NCBI GenBank assembly: GCA_035509435.1
Contig: DATJLR010000001.1
Coordinates: 58,732-122,731, forward strand
Reading direction: 5' to 3'
Length of the DNA: 64,000 nt
Source of the DNA: Minisyncoccota bacterium
Lineage (GTDB): Bacteria > Patescibacteriota > Minisyncoccia > UBA6257 > 2-01-FULL-56-20
Within the stretch, counting starts at the first letter, position 1, and each line of letters begins with the position of its first letter. The notes under the pieces are model-generated. The model searched no databases. It was not told the origin of the DNA and was given only the letters and a program-made list of their open reading frames with translations. The translations under genes and the position numbers were made by a program. Shown piece after piece: positions 38,196-47,391 of the stretch.

Positions 38196-38513
38196 ATGAC
38201 AGAGGTATCTCCAGTAAGCCCTGACCCAACGGCAGGCATGGATAGGGGGATTGCAATGCGAATGCAACCTTATGCAGTTTCGTTCTCGCACGACCAGATC
38301 GTGGGCAGCACAACCGACAGGTTGTTCTGCATCAACGGCGTCCACGTCAAACTTACCGACGAGCCGACAGCGGACCGCCACGGCAAGCTCTTTTTCGAAG
38401 GTCAACGGTGGGTCGTCGGCGAGCGGTGCGATGGGTCTTGCAAGCAGGAACCGGTGGAGATACCGCCGTCAGTGCTTCGAAAGGTTCGTCGCGTTACAAA
38501 GCAGGCAGAATAG
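38196..38513 (+). CDS. Hypothetical protein (105 aa) in the infC-rpmI gap
   Basis: ORF only, with no clear RBS. Confidence 0.25.
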   Translation: MTEVSPVSPDPTAGMDRGIAMRMQPYAVSFSHDQIVGSTTDRLFCINGVHVKLTDEPTADRHGKLFFEGQRWVVGERCDGSCKQEPVEIPPSVLRKVRRVTKQAE

Positions 38514-38637
38514 CCTGTGCCCCGTTAAATCCTGCACTGCAGGTGTCCAAGCGAAAGTTTGGGCTTCCATTATAGGAAATTTGAAAAAATTTCTTGCAAT
38601 GGGAGCGATCCCAATAGTTCTTCACAAGGAGAGAGTT

Positions 38638-38862
38638 ATGAAAAGCTGGATTGGTCGCAACGTGCGGGTTGATGTCCTGGAGCACACCCTCTGCGGAATT
38701 GAGGCCTTTGCCCACTTCGGAACACTGAAGGCGGTGGAGGGGCCTATGATTCTCCTGAATATGGAGACGACCATGCACGATGGCATGTGCCAGCCCAGCC
38801 CGGCTGCAATCTGGTTCAACACGGGCGCAATCTCCTTCAAGTCAATCATGCTCACCGATTGA
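38638..38862 (+). CDS. Hypothetical small protein (74 aa) in the infC-rpmI gap
   Basis: RBS AAGGAGAG 6 nt before the ATG. A small beta-rich protein. Confidence 0.4.
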   Translation: MKSWIGRNVRVDVLEHTLCGIEAFAHFGTLKAVEGPMILLNMETTMHDGMCQPSPAAIWFNTGAISFKSIMLTD

Positions 38863-38942
38863 TTTGGACGTCCGGGAGCCATGCGGACGATAAATGCGTG
38901 GTGATACTGGATGATGCTCACCAGTTACCAATCAACGAATCG

Positions 38943-38975
38943 CTTGGACCGACCAGTAATGGTCGGTCCCTTTTT
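38943..38975 (+). terminator. Rho-independent terminator
   Basis: GGACCGACC-AGTAAT-GGTCGGTCC followed by CTTTTTAT. Confidence 0.65.
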
Positions 38976-39096
38976 ATATAAATTACTATATATTTTTATT
39001 ATGATGCTGATCGCCCCAGCCTGTGGCGGGTATTGCCAAGGCACAAAAGATATAGTAAGCTTACTGTCATTGAGCCAACCGGCCCATCTCACCGAA

Positions 39097-39267
39097 ATGT
39101 CGTCCAAGAGCATCACGAAAAGGATAAAGATCACAAAGAACGGGAAGATCGTCCGCCGCCGCACCGGGGTGGGGCATTTCCGCACCCGCAAGAACAAGAA
39201 GATGAACCGTGACTCCAAGAAGACGCGCGGCCTCGATATGTCGCTCAAAACGTTAAAAGCATATTAA
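39097..39267 (+). CDS. rpmI: 50S ribosomal protein L35
   Basis: 56 aa, highly basic (KRIKITKNGKIVRRRTGVGHFRTRKNKK), immediately upstream of rplT. Confidence 0.7.
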   Translation: MSSKSITKRIKITKNGKIVRRRTGVGHFRTRKNKKMNRDSKKTRGLDMSLKTLKAY

Positions 39268-39284
39268 ATTTTATTTGACTTCCC

Positions 39285-39635
39285 ATGCCACGCGTAAAAC
39301 GAGGAACCATTGCCAATAAGCGCCGCCGCAACGTCCTTAAAAACACCAAGGGCTATAAGTGGGGCCGCAAGTCCAAAGAGCGCGCCGCCAAAGAAGCGCT
39401 CCTCCACGCATGGACGCACGCGTTCCGCGGCCGCAAGGAGAAGAAACGCACCTTCCGCCAGCTCTGGAACGTCAAGATCAATGCTGTCGTCCGCGAGGAA
39501 GGCATGAACTACAGCACGTTCATCGCGGCGCTCAAGAAAGCGAACATTAAGATAGACCGCAAGATCCTTGCCGACCTTGCAGAGCACGAACCGGCAGCGT
39601 TCAAGAAAGTGGTTTCTACGGTAAAGACAAAATAA
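39285..39635 (+). CDS. rplT: 50S ribosomal protein L20
   Basis: [29 protein letters not shown]...FRGRKEKKR, canonical L20. Confidence 0.9.
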   Translation: MPRVKRGTIANKRRRNVLKNTKGYKWGRKSKERAAKEALLHAWTHAFRGRKEKKRTFRQLWNVKINAVVREEGMNYSTFIAALKKANIKIDRKILADLAEHEPAAFKKVVSTVKTK

Positions 39636-39636
39636 A

Positions 39637-39668
39637 AAAATGCCCAGTCGGGCGATTTTTTTTAATGA
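39637..39668. terminator. Bidirectional terminator
   Basis: AAAAAAATGCCCAGTCGGGCGATTTTTTTT, between rplT (+) and the nudix gene (-). Confidence 0.65.
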
Positions 39669-40216
39669 CTTTTTAACTCTTTTGCGGGTGCCTCCTTTGG
39701 GCCTGAATGAGATATCGCCCCGGGCTTGTTCGCCGGCCTCTTGTGCTGCGGCCGCAGATAGTCGCTCGCCTGTTTGAGCACTTTTCGCGTATCGCCATAT
39801 TTTTTTCCGATCACATTCAGGGCGTCATGGTACAGGAACCATCCATACCCGCTATGCTCTCGCGGAACGATCTTGACGTCCGCCTTGTGCGTCTCGGCAA
39901 GGAACAGGATGACCGTGTCATAAATCCCCTGATTGCCGATCTTGAAGTAAAACCGTTCATACGCGCGGAAGTTTGGGAGCATGCGCAACTCCGTTTTTTT
40001 GATCCCGGTCTCTTCTTCCAGTTCGCGAAGCGCGGTATCGATGCTCCGCTCGCCCGGCTTGAAATGTCCCTTGGGGAAGTTCCAATAATTACCGCGGCGA
40101 TAGAGCAGAAGGAACTTTATCCCGTCCGGCGTCTTGCGATAGACCACGAATCCCGCCACCACCTGCTTTTTGGTGGGGATCCGCTTGGCTTCATCTATTT
40201 CCCTGGTTGACGGCAT
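39662..40216 (-). CDS. NUDIX hydrolase
   Basis: Nudix box GHFKPGERSIDTALRELEEETGI. Confidence 0.75.
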   Translation of the reverse strand: MPSTREIDEAKRIPTKKQVVAGFVVYRKTPDGIKFLLLYRRGNYWNFPKGHFKPGERSIDTALRELEEETGIKKTELRMLPNFRAYERFYFKIGNQGIYDTVILFLAETHKADVKIVPREHSGYGWFLYHDALNVIGKKYGDTRKVLKQASDYLRPQHKRPANKPGAISHSGPKEAPAKELKSH

Positions 40217-40279
40217 GGGGGTAGTTTACCATAAAAAATTATTATGGTATAATGGCGGACGGAAAGGGGGTTTGAAAAC

Positions 40280-40729
40280 ATGTCCGAGGACGGAAAAGCG
40301 GTGTTTGCGGTATTGCCGGTCGTCGTGATGGTCTTTGTCTTTATCTGGAAGCACAGAATGCCGGCCATCAGCATGGATATCCTTCGCTGTTTTCTCAAAA
40401 AAGAAGATCTGCGTTTGGTGCCTTACGGAGGCGAATGTGTATTCGGCTGCGAAATACACTTTGAACTGATCGGGAAATTGCTTTCCGTGGTGGTGCACTG
40501 CGACCCGGCGAGCGGAGAGGAAAGGATCGAAGCGAAGATCGAGGGATACAAGGGAAAGGTTGTGGCGATATTCGCGAACGAGATCCTGCGAGAGTGGACC
40601 ATCGGAGCGGATTCGGACCCCATCGACATGGTTTCATTGCGAACCGCTCGCGATGACAGTTTTACATTGCGTTCTCTCCACGCAATATCCCACAACACCA
40701 TACGCACAAAGATAGGGGCGACCGGATGA
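40280..40729 (+). CDS. Hypothetical protein with an N-terminal TM helix
   Basis: 149 aa with no motif. Confidence 0.35.
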   Translation: MSEDGKAVFAVLPVVVMVFVFIWKHRMPAISMDILRCFLKKEDLRLVPYGGECVFGCEIHFELIGKLLSVVVHCDPASGEERIEAKIEGYKGKVVAIFANEILREWTIGADSDPIDMVSLRTARDDSFTLRSLHAISHNTIRTKIGATG

Positions 40730-40780
40730 CAAAAACACTGTCCGGCCGCCCACTTTTTTTATTTTGAACGCCTACTTTTT

Positions 40781-42574
40781 TTACTTCTTTTTGAGGCACG
40801 CGAGCATCTTCTCGAGTGGCCGCGTGTTTATGATGTCGTCGCGCTCCGCCCAACCGCGCCGCGCCTGCGCGATGCCGCATTCCAGAAATCCGAAGTGCGA
40901 TGCCGCGTGCGCGTCCGAGTCGATGGACATCTTTACTCCCGCCTCCACGCACTTGCGGATGTTCTCGTCCTTGAGGTCACTGCGCTCCGGAAGCGCATCG
41001 ATCTCCATCACGGTGCCGGTCTTCTTCGCGGTCGCAATGAGCTCGTCCATGTCCACGTCGTACGGCGCGCGCTTATTGATGAGCCGCCCTGTCGGATGGA
41101 ACAGGATGTCCACATTCGGATTCTCCATCGCACGCTTGATGCGCGCGGTCTGATCCGCGCGCGTAAGATTGAAGAACGAATGCACGGAAACGCCGACGAC
41201 ATCCAGGCGCGCGAGCGTCTCGTCGTCAAGATCAAGCGTGCCATCTTTCAAAATATCGCATTCGGTGCCTTTCAATATTTTTATCTTGCCGCGCAGTTTT
41301 TTATTGACGGCGTCGACCTCCTTCCACTGCTCGCGGATGCGCTTTTCGTCGAGACCGTGCGCCATCGCGAGGCGCTTGGTGTGGTCCGTGATCACGATGT
41401 ATTCCAGGCCGCGGGCGGCGGCGGCACGCGCCATCACCTCAATGGAGTCGTCGCCGTCGGTCCAATTGGTCTGCGTCTGGAGATCGCCCAGCAGGTCGCC
41501 GTAGCCGATGAGCTTCGGCAGGCCCGGCTTCTTGCCTTCGAACTCGCGCGCCGCCGCTTCTACCTCGCCCGTATTCTCGCGGATCTCCGGCTCCGGATAC
41601 GCCATGCGGAGCGCTTTATATATCTCCTCTTCCGTGCGGCCGGCCACGCGCTCGCCATTGCCTTCAAGGGCGCTGCCGATCTTCTTGCCGCCTTTCCCGA
41701 TCTTGAAAAGTCCGTACTCGTTGAGCGTGAGCCCCATCTTGTTCGCGCGCGCGCGGATCACCACATTGTGCTCTTTGGAACCGGTGAAATAATTGAGCGC
41801 GGAGCCGTATGATTCGGCGGAAACGACGCGCAGGTCCACGTTGATCCCCGGCCGGATCTTGATGGATGATTTCGTCGCGCCGTGCGCGATGACCGTCATG
41901 ATGCCGGGCGTGTGCTTGACGAACGCCTCCATCACGGCTTCCGGCTTTGACGAGACCGCAAGGATATCGATGTCGCCGATCGTCTCCTTGCGCCGGCGCG
42001 ATGATCCGGCGACGGTCACCTTGCTGACGCCCGGCACATCGCCAAGCCGTTTTTCGATCTCGCGGATCTGCGGCATCACGAGGCCGCCGATGAACCGCAG
42101 GCCGGAGCCCTTCGCGAACTCTATCCCTTTCAAAATCTTCTCTTCGCTCTTTTTCCCAAATCCCTCAAGCGCGCCGATCTTTCCTTTTTTTGCCGCCGCC
42201 TCCAGGTCTTTCAAATTTTTTATGCCAAGCTCTTTATAGAGCTTTTGGATGGACTTCGGGCCCAGGCCTTCCACGCGCGCGAGCTCGTCCAGGCGCACCG
42301 GCGTCGCCTTCTTGAGCTTTTCGTATTCCGTGCTGCGCCCTTTCGTCACGAGCTCCTCTATTATTTCCGCAATGGACTGGCCAACGCCCGGGATTTCCTT
42401 GAGCGCTTTTATGCCTCCTTTCGCGTACATCGCCGACACCTCTTCCTCAAGCGCGCCCACTGTCTCCGCGGCCTTCTCGAACGCGCGCGGCTTGAACTGC
42501 ACATGCTGCATCTCCAAGTATTCGCCGATCTGGCGCAACACCTCCGCAACGGATTGGTTCGACATATCGGGCAT
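40781..42574 (-). CDS. polX: DNA polymerase X family protein with a C-terminal PHP phosphoesterase domain
   Basis: HhH motifs (IPGVGQSIAEII), a pol beta-like nucleotidyltransferase (GSSRRRKETIGDIDIL) and a PHP domain (HTKRL...HSFF...DSDAH). Confidence 0.8.
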   Translation of the reverse strand: MPDMSNQSVAEVLRQIGEYLEMQHVQFKPRAFEKAAETVGALEEEVSAMYAKGGIKALKEIPGVGQSIAEIIEELVTKGRSTEYEKLKKATPVRLDELARVEGLGPKSIQKLYKELGIKNLKDLEAAAKKGKIGALEGFGKKSEEKILKGIEFAKGSGLRFIGGLVMPQIREIEKRLGDVPGVSKVTVAGSSRRRKETIGDIDILAVSSKPEAVMEAFVKHTPGIMTVIAHGATKSSIKIRPGINVDLRVVSAESYGSALNYFTGSKEHNVVIRARANKMGLTLNEYGLFKIGKGGKKIGSALEGNGERVAGRTEEEIYKALRMAYPEPEIRENTGEVEAAAREFEGKKPGLPKLIGYGDLLGDLQTQTNWTDGDDSIEVMARAAAARGLEYIVITDHTKRLAMAHGLDEKRIREQWKEVDAVNKKLRGKIKILKGTECDILKDGTLDLDDETLARLDVVGVSVHSFFNLTRADQTARIKRAMENPNVDILFHPTGRLINKRAPYDVDMDELIATAKKTGTVMEIDALPERSDLKDENIRKCVEAGVKMSIDSDAHAASHFGFLECGIAQARRGWAERDDIINTRPLEKMLACLKKK

Positions 42575-42610
42575 ATGTAAATAATACCACCCGTCGGCGG
42601 TTTTATTCCC

Positions 42611-43291
42611 CTATTTTGCGACGGTCCCTCCGGGCTTTGTTTCGCTGCCGGCGCCGGCAGCGGCAGCCCGCGCCGGAGTTTCGGGGGCGGGCTTCGGCAG
42701 GATAAGGTCCGGCACGGCGAGCAACACAAATGCGGCGATGAACGCCATGATACCCGCACCCACGAAGACAACGTCGTAGCCGAGCGTTCCCGCAATGACG
42801 CCGCCCAGAAATCCGGTGACGCCGGCCCCGATGCCGCTCACCGCGGAATCGAGCGACCAGTCGAGCGAAATACTGTCTTTATCCAAATGGCGCGAATAGA
42901 TGGTTGGCCATGACGCGTAATAGAGCGCGAATGCGACCGCCTGCACGGCATGGATCGCGTAGAGCTCCCAGATCTGCGTCACCCAGCACATCGCGATCGC
43001 GGAGATCCCCACGAGCATGAGGCCGCCGATGAGCGCCATAAAGTCATCGTGCTCGCCGGGAATCCGGTCAAGCATGTTCGCGATCGGGATCTGCGCCACC
43101 GAACGGATGATCCAGTAGATCGCCGCCGCGATGCCGACCGTAAGGAGGGTTCCCCCTATGACCTTCTGGACGATAAATACCGAGAAAACAGGATCGATCA
43201 ATCCCCAGCCGGCGAGCAGGAAGAAGTCGGAGATCACAAAATACTTAACAAGCCGCCCCACCTTTACGTTGATGTTGACCTTGATCCTCAT
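42611..43291 (-). CDS. Six-TM membrane protein resembling the C-terminal half of an MFS transporter
   Basis: 226 aa with 6 hydrophobic helices. Stop/start overlap with the upstream Clp gene. No N-terminal 6-TM half is present. Confidence 0.35.
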   Translation of the reverse strand: MRIKVNINVKVGRLVKYFVISDFFLLAGWGLIDPVFSVFIVQKVIGGTLLTVGIAAAIYWIIRSVAQIPIANMLDRIPGEHDDFMALIGGLMLVGISAIAMCWVTQIWELYAIHAVQAVAFALYYASWPTIYSRHLDKDSISLDWSLDSAVSGIGAGVTGFLGGVIAGTLGYDVVFVGAGIMAFIAAFVLLAVPDLILPKPAPETPARAAAAGAGSETKPGGTVAK

Positions 43292-45846
43292 GGCTGGTTC
43301 ACAAAATCAAATCCGCCGTCCTTCGGGACGCACATCACCTTGCCGCCCTTCACGATCTTCTTCGCGAGAAGCGCTTCGGAGAGCGGCGCGCGGACCTGCT
43401 CGTCGATCACGCGGCGGAGCGGCCGCGCGCCGAACATCGGATCGTAGCCGAGCTTCGCGATCTTCGCCACCGCCTCCGGACTGAACGAGAGCACGATCCC
43501 CTGCGCCTTCACCGCATCCACCAGCTCGTTCAGGTTTATCTCCGCGATGCGCGGGAGCTCCGTCGGGGAGAGATCCTTGAAGACGATGATCTTGGAAAAC
43601 CGGTTGAGAAGTTCCGGTTTCAGCACGTCCGTGAGCCGCGTCTTCAGGTATTCCGCGATGTCCGCCATGGATTCGCCTTTCGAGAGCGCGTCGTTGATGA
43701 TATCCGAGTGGGCGTTGGAGGTCGCGATGATGATCGTGTTCGTAAAGTCCACCGTGCGGCCCATGTTGTCGGTGAGCCGCCCGTCATCCAGCACCTGGAG
43801 GAACAGGTTCAAAATATCCGGGAACGCCTTCTCGAATTCGTCGAGAAGCACGAGGCCGTACGGCTTCTCGAGCACGGCGTCGGTGAGCGCGCCGCGCACG
43901 GTGCCGTCGGGCGAACCGATAAAACGGTAGAAGCTCGTCTTGTCCTGATACTCCGTCATGTCAAAACGCACCATCATCTTCTCCGAGCCGAACTGCACTT
44001 GGGCGAGCATCTTGGCGAGCTCCGTCTTTCCGACGCCGGTGGGTCCCACAAAAAGGAAGCTCGCGATCGGGCCGCCTTTGCGCGTGAGCCCGCTCCGATA
44101 TTCGCGAAGCGCCTGCGCGACGGCCTTGACCGCCTCTTCCTGCCCGATGATGCGGCCGTGGATGAGCGCTTCCATATGCAGCAGCTTTTCCGCCTCGTCT
44201 CCTTCGGCCTCATGCATGGGGACGTTCACCTTCTCTTCGGCGACCGCCGTCACGCGGTCCGGCGTGATCACTTTTTCGCCGCGGCGTTCGGCGTCCACAA
44301 GCGCGCTCTTCAGCAGTTCTTCAGCGCTCGAGGGAAGGAACTTGCCACGCAGATATTTCTTTGCAAGGTTCACCGCGCGCTTGATCGCGCCGAAACTTAT
44401 CGTCACCCCCGCCCGCCGCTCCAGCAGGAAACTTTCATAGGTGAGCACTTTTTCCGCTTCCGCTTCCGTGATCTCGCTCACCGGGATCGTTTCGAACATT
44501 CCCACGAAGTCGCTCCGCGGCTCTATGAGCTGCTTGAATTCTTTGGGATATGACGTGCCGACGATCGGAAACTGGTTTGCCGTGATGACGGGCATGAGCG
44601 CGTCCGCGGCGGAAAGATATGCCGTCCCCGATGTACGCACCAAATTATGGATGTCGGGGATATAAAGAATGATGTTGCCCGCGATGAAGATCTCCTCCAC
44701 GATCGTCTTTAGCCGCGCCTCAAGCTCTTCGGGCGGCGCGCCGGCGACGAGGCTTTGCAGCTGGAGCCCTACGAGCCGACGGTCAAAAAGCCCCTTCGGC
44801 ACGTCATCTTTTGTGAGGCAGAACGCCAGATGCTTGATGATCGTTTCCTTGCCTATCCCCACTTCTCCGATCAGAAGCGCGTTCGGGTTCGTGGGCCGGC
44901 CGAGGGTCTCTACCAGGCGTTCATATTCCGCGTCGTGTCCGATGAGGAATCCCGCCTCGCGGTCGCGCGCGAGGTCCGTAAAGTCGATGCCATATTTGTC
45001 GAGCGTCGGCGTCGGGCGCGACGTCCACGCCCGGTTCATGATGCGGTGCTCTATCTTGCGGTGCGTCTCCGGCATGAAGCCGCCGAGCACCGCCGGCATC
45101 CGCGCGAACATCCCTCCGCCGCCCGCGAGCGAACTGAAGATGAGCGCCCGTTCAAGGTCCCCTTCTTCTACGTTGAACAGCGAGAAAAGCCTGTTCAGCG
45201 ACTCGTCACCGACCGCGGGAAGCGCGGAAAAAAGATCGGTGGGACGAATAAAATTGTGGCCGGCGCTTACCGCGGCGGCAAAGGAGTGTTCGGCAAGGAC
45301 CTCCGTGATGGCAAGATAATTATCGGAGCGTGGCGCGCCATCGGCGGCGGTGGCGGCAGGGTCCGCCATAAGCGCCTCGAGCTTTGCCTTGAACTCCTCG
45401 GGCTTCACGTCCAGCCGGCGCAGGCCGTTCCCGACCTGCGGAAGTTCAAGGAGCCGGCTCGTGAGCTCCAGAAGAAAGCTCTTCTTTATGATCGTGCTGC
45501 GGTCCACTGCACGTTCGATCACGGCATACGCCGCGCGGTTCATCGCGGAGGCAAGGTTCACCCTCCCTTCGGGCGGCAGTTCCGATATCGGCATATCGCC
45601 TTCCCCCCGGTGAACGAGAAGGTCTATCACCACAAGCAGAAGGAAAAGCCCCACATAGAACATGGCGGGGGTGCCCGAGATCAGGAACGCGCCCGTCGCG
45701 ACGGCCAGGACAAGATACGAAACGTAGCTTATGACGCGGACGACGATGCGCCCCGCGACCGTCATGCGCAGACGCGGCTCGTCGAAATAAAATTGATACT
45801 TAGAGGTGTTTGAAAGCATAGAAAATGATGACGGCGGGAATCGCAA
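43288..45846 (-). CDS. ClpA/ClpB/ClpC-family AAA+ ATPase with an N-terminal double-TM anchor and a degenerate first ATPase domain. The start is possibly the internal M at 45765.
   Basis: D2 is canonical: FLFVGPTGVGKTELAK (Walker A), LVLLDEFEKA (Walker B), GARPLRR. D1 is degenerate: GEVGIGKE in place of GxPGVGKT, YIPDIH in place of DEIH. Two hydrophobic helices at the N-terminus: IVVRVISYVSYLVLAVATGAFLI and FYVGLFLLLVVIDLLV. Confidence 0.7.
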   Translation of the reverse strand: MRFPPSSFSMLSNTSKYQFYFDEPRLRMTVAGRIVVRVISYVSYLVLAVATGAFLISGTPAMFYVGLFLLLVVIDLLVHRGEGDMPISELPPEGRVNLASAMNRAAYAVIERAVDRSTIIKKSFLLELTSRLLELPQVGNGLRRLDVKPEEFKAKLEALMADPAATAADGAPRSDNYLAITEVLAEHSFAAAVSAGHNFIRPTDLFSALPAVGDESLNRLFSLFNVEEGDLERALIFSSLAGGGGMFARMPAVLGGFMPETHRKIEHRIMNRAWTSRPTPTLDKYGIDFTDLARDREAGFLIGHDAEYERLVETLGRPTNPNALLIGEVGIGKETIIKHLAFCLTKDDVPKGLFDRRLVGLQLQSLVAGAPPEELEARLKTIVEEIFIAGNIILYIPDIHNLVRTSGTAYLSAADALMPVITANQFPIVGTSYPKEFKQLIEPRSDFVGMFETIPVSEITEAEAEKVLTYESFLLERRAGVTISFGAIKRAVNLAKKYLRGKFLPSSAEELLKSALVDAERRGEKVITPDRVTAVAEEKVNVPMHEAEGDEAEKLLHMEALIHGRIIGQEEAVKAVAQALREYRSGLTRKGGPIASFLFVGPTGVGKTELAKMLAQVQFGSEKMMVRFDMTEYQDKTSFYRFIGSPDGTVRGALTDAVLEKPYGLVLLDEFEKAFPDILNLFLQVLDDGRLTDNMGRTVDFTNTIIIATSNAHSDIINDALSKGESMADIAEYLKTRLTDVLKPELLNRFSKIIVFKDLSPTELPRIAEINLNELVDAVKAQGIVLSFSPEAVAKIAKLGYDPMFGARPLRRVIDEQVRAPLSEALLAKKIVKGGKVMCVPKDGGFDFVNQP

Positions 45847-46147
45847 GCCAGATGATATATGCGACGGCGAATAAAAGCGCGAGAAGGATATAGAATATGC
45901 CGCCGATCAGGATGCGCGCCGAGCGGAACACGATCCCCAGTATGCGCCCGATCACGCTGTAGTCCTTATAGAGCGGCTCAAAGAAATGGCGGAGGGTTAT
46001 GGCGACCGCGAGCGACTGGTCCACCGCCGTCATCGTCGCCATAAATCGCCGCGCGAACACGCGCGAGCCATCCGCATACCAATGATGAAAAAAATCCAAA
46101 AAACGATAGGCGAAGCGCCGCACGAGGTACACAACGGAAAAATCCAT
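45800..46147 (-). CDS. Hypothetical small membrane protein
   Basis: 115 aa with two TM helices. Overlaps the upstream-most start codon of the Clp gene. Confidence 0.3.
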   Translation of the reverse strand: MDFSVVYLVRRFAYRFLDFFHHWYADGSRVFARRFMATMTAVDQSLAVAITLRHFFEPLYKDYSVIGRILGIVFRSARILIGGIFYILLALLFAVAYIIWLAIPAVIIFYAFKHL

Positions 46148-46183
46148 ATCTTAATGATACCACTAAACGGCCACGCGGCGGCG

Positions 46184-46828
46184 CTAGAAAAGGCCCGGCT
46201 GCGCGGCCTTATCCCTTTTCTTTTTCACGGGCGCCGCCTCAAAGGCAGGCGCCATCTCGATCGGCGCCTCTCCCGCAAGCACCGCGGGGATCTTCTTGAA
46301 ATCCTCCCTCAGCACCTGCATCATCTGCGTCGAGCGGAGGCCGGCGGCGGGATGGTATACGGGAAATATCCTCCGGCCGTCAACGAGGAGCGGGCGCCCG
46401 TGGTCGCGCGTGATCTTCGCCTCCGGCGCGAAATAATTCATGGAAAAACGGCCGAGCGTCACGATAAGCTTCGGCTCGATCACGGCGATCTGCCTCGTGA
46501 GGTACGGCTTGTACGCCTCGATCTCCGCAGGGCTCGGATCGCGGTTCTCCGGCGGACGCCGTTTTACGATGTTCGTGATATACACGTCTTCCCGTTTCCA
46601 CCCGAGCCCGCGTATCATGTCGTCCAGCAGCGCGCCGCCGCGGCCGACGAAGGGGCGCCGCAAGCGGTCTTCGTTCACGCCGGGCGCCTCGCCGATGAAC
46701 ATTACGTCGCAATTGATGTTGCCCTCGCCGAACACCAGGTTTGCCGTATCGCAGAGCGGGAGCGCCACGTTTGCCGCCATCTCATCCTCTATTTTTTTGA
46801 GCCGTGCCGCCTTGTCATCGTTCGCCAT
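46184..46828 (-). CDS. Family 4 uracil-DNA glycosylase
   Basis: GEGNINCDVMFIGEAPGVNEDRLRRPFVGRGGALL, the family-4 UDG signature. Confidence 0.85.
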   Translation of the reverse strand: MANDDKAARLKKIEDEMAANVALPLCDTANLVFGEGNINCDVMFIGEAPGVNEDRLRRPFVGRGGALLDDMIRGLGWKREDVYITNIVKRRPPENRDPSPAEIEAYKPYLTRQIAVIEPKLIVTLGRFSMNYFAPEAKITRDHGRPLLVDGRRIFPVYHPAAGLRSTQMMQVLREDFKKIPAVLAGEAPIEMAPAFEAAPVKKKRDKAAQPGLF

Positions 46829-46897
46829 ACCAAGATTATATCCTATTAAAAGAAAAACGGGGCGGTCGACATGGCGACCGCCCCGCTCACAAAATGG

Positions 46898-47326
46898 CTA
46901 TGCCGGCTGAAAGATTTCGACGGTATATCGATCCTCGCGCTCCAGGCGTCCGATCGAAGGCGCGCCGAGTATGCCGGTAAGGTTCAAAAGAAACGTCACC
47001 GGGTCAAAGAAATCCAGGCTGCCGATCCTGGACACATCCATCGGACACCAGATGTGTTCACCCTTCGAATCATCCACGATCCGGTAAGGCTGCCGAAAGC
47101 CCCCTACCCCCAAGATGGCAAGCTTCGTCCTGAGCTCCTGGCAAAACTGCTTGATGTCCGGGAGAAAAACCCCCTCTGCCTCAAATGCAAGGCGGAAAAA
47201 AACAGGGCCGCACTTTTTCCCGGGAGAAAATTCGACGATCGCTTCGCTGATGGAATACCGCTCACTGGGCCAGCGCACATTGATCCAGGTCGCCCGATAC
47301 GTCACCATACAAGGTTGCCCGCTCAT
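46898..47326 (-). CDS. Hypothetical protein
   Basis: 142 aa with no motif. Confidence 0.35.
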   Translation of the reverse strand: MSGQPCMVTYRATWINVRWPSERYSISEAIVEFSPGKKCGPVFFRLAFEAEGVFLPDIKQFCQELRTKLAILGVGGFRQPYRIVDDSKGEHIWCPMDVSRIGSLDFFDPVTFLLNLTGILGAPSIGRLEREDRYTVEIFQPA

Positions 47327-47391
47327 ACATCCTCCTCGTCCCGTACTAATGAATAAAATACTCCCGTTCCAGCGACGGCGTCAATGGTCCG

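Noticed and set aside
43708-45813. Plus-strand ORFs of 281 and 352 aa antisense to the Clp ATPase. Similar antisense ORFs occur inside argS (4088..4759), the M49 peptidase (14622..15356), polX (40895..41812), the UDG (45986..46849), pilB (57428..58318), the PBP (60561..61169) and the recombinases (26487..27293, 35067..35753)
   Set aside because: The sense strands have strong family motifs. The antisense translations are compositionally biased (R/A/H-rich), as expected in 60% GC DNA.
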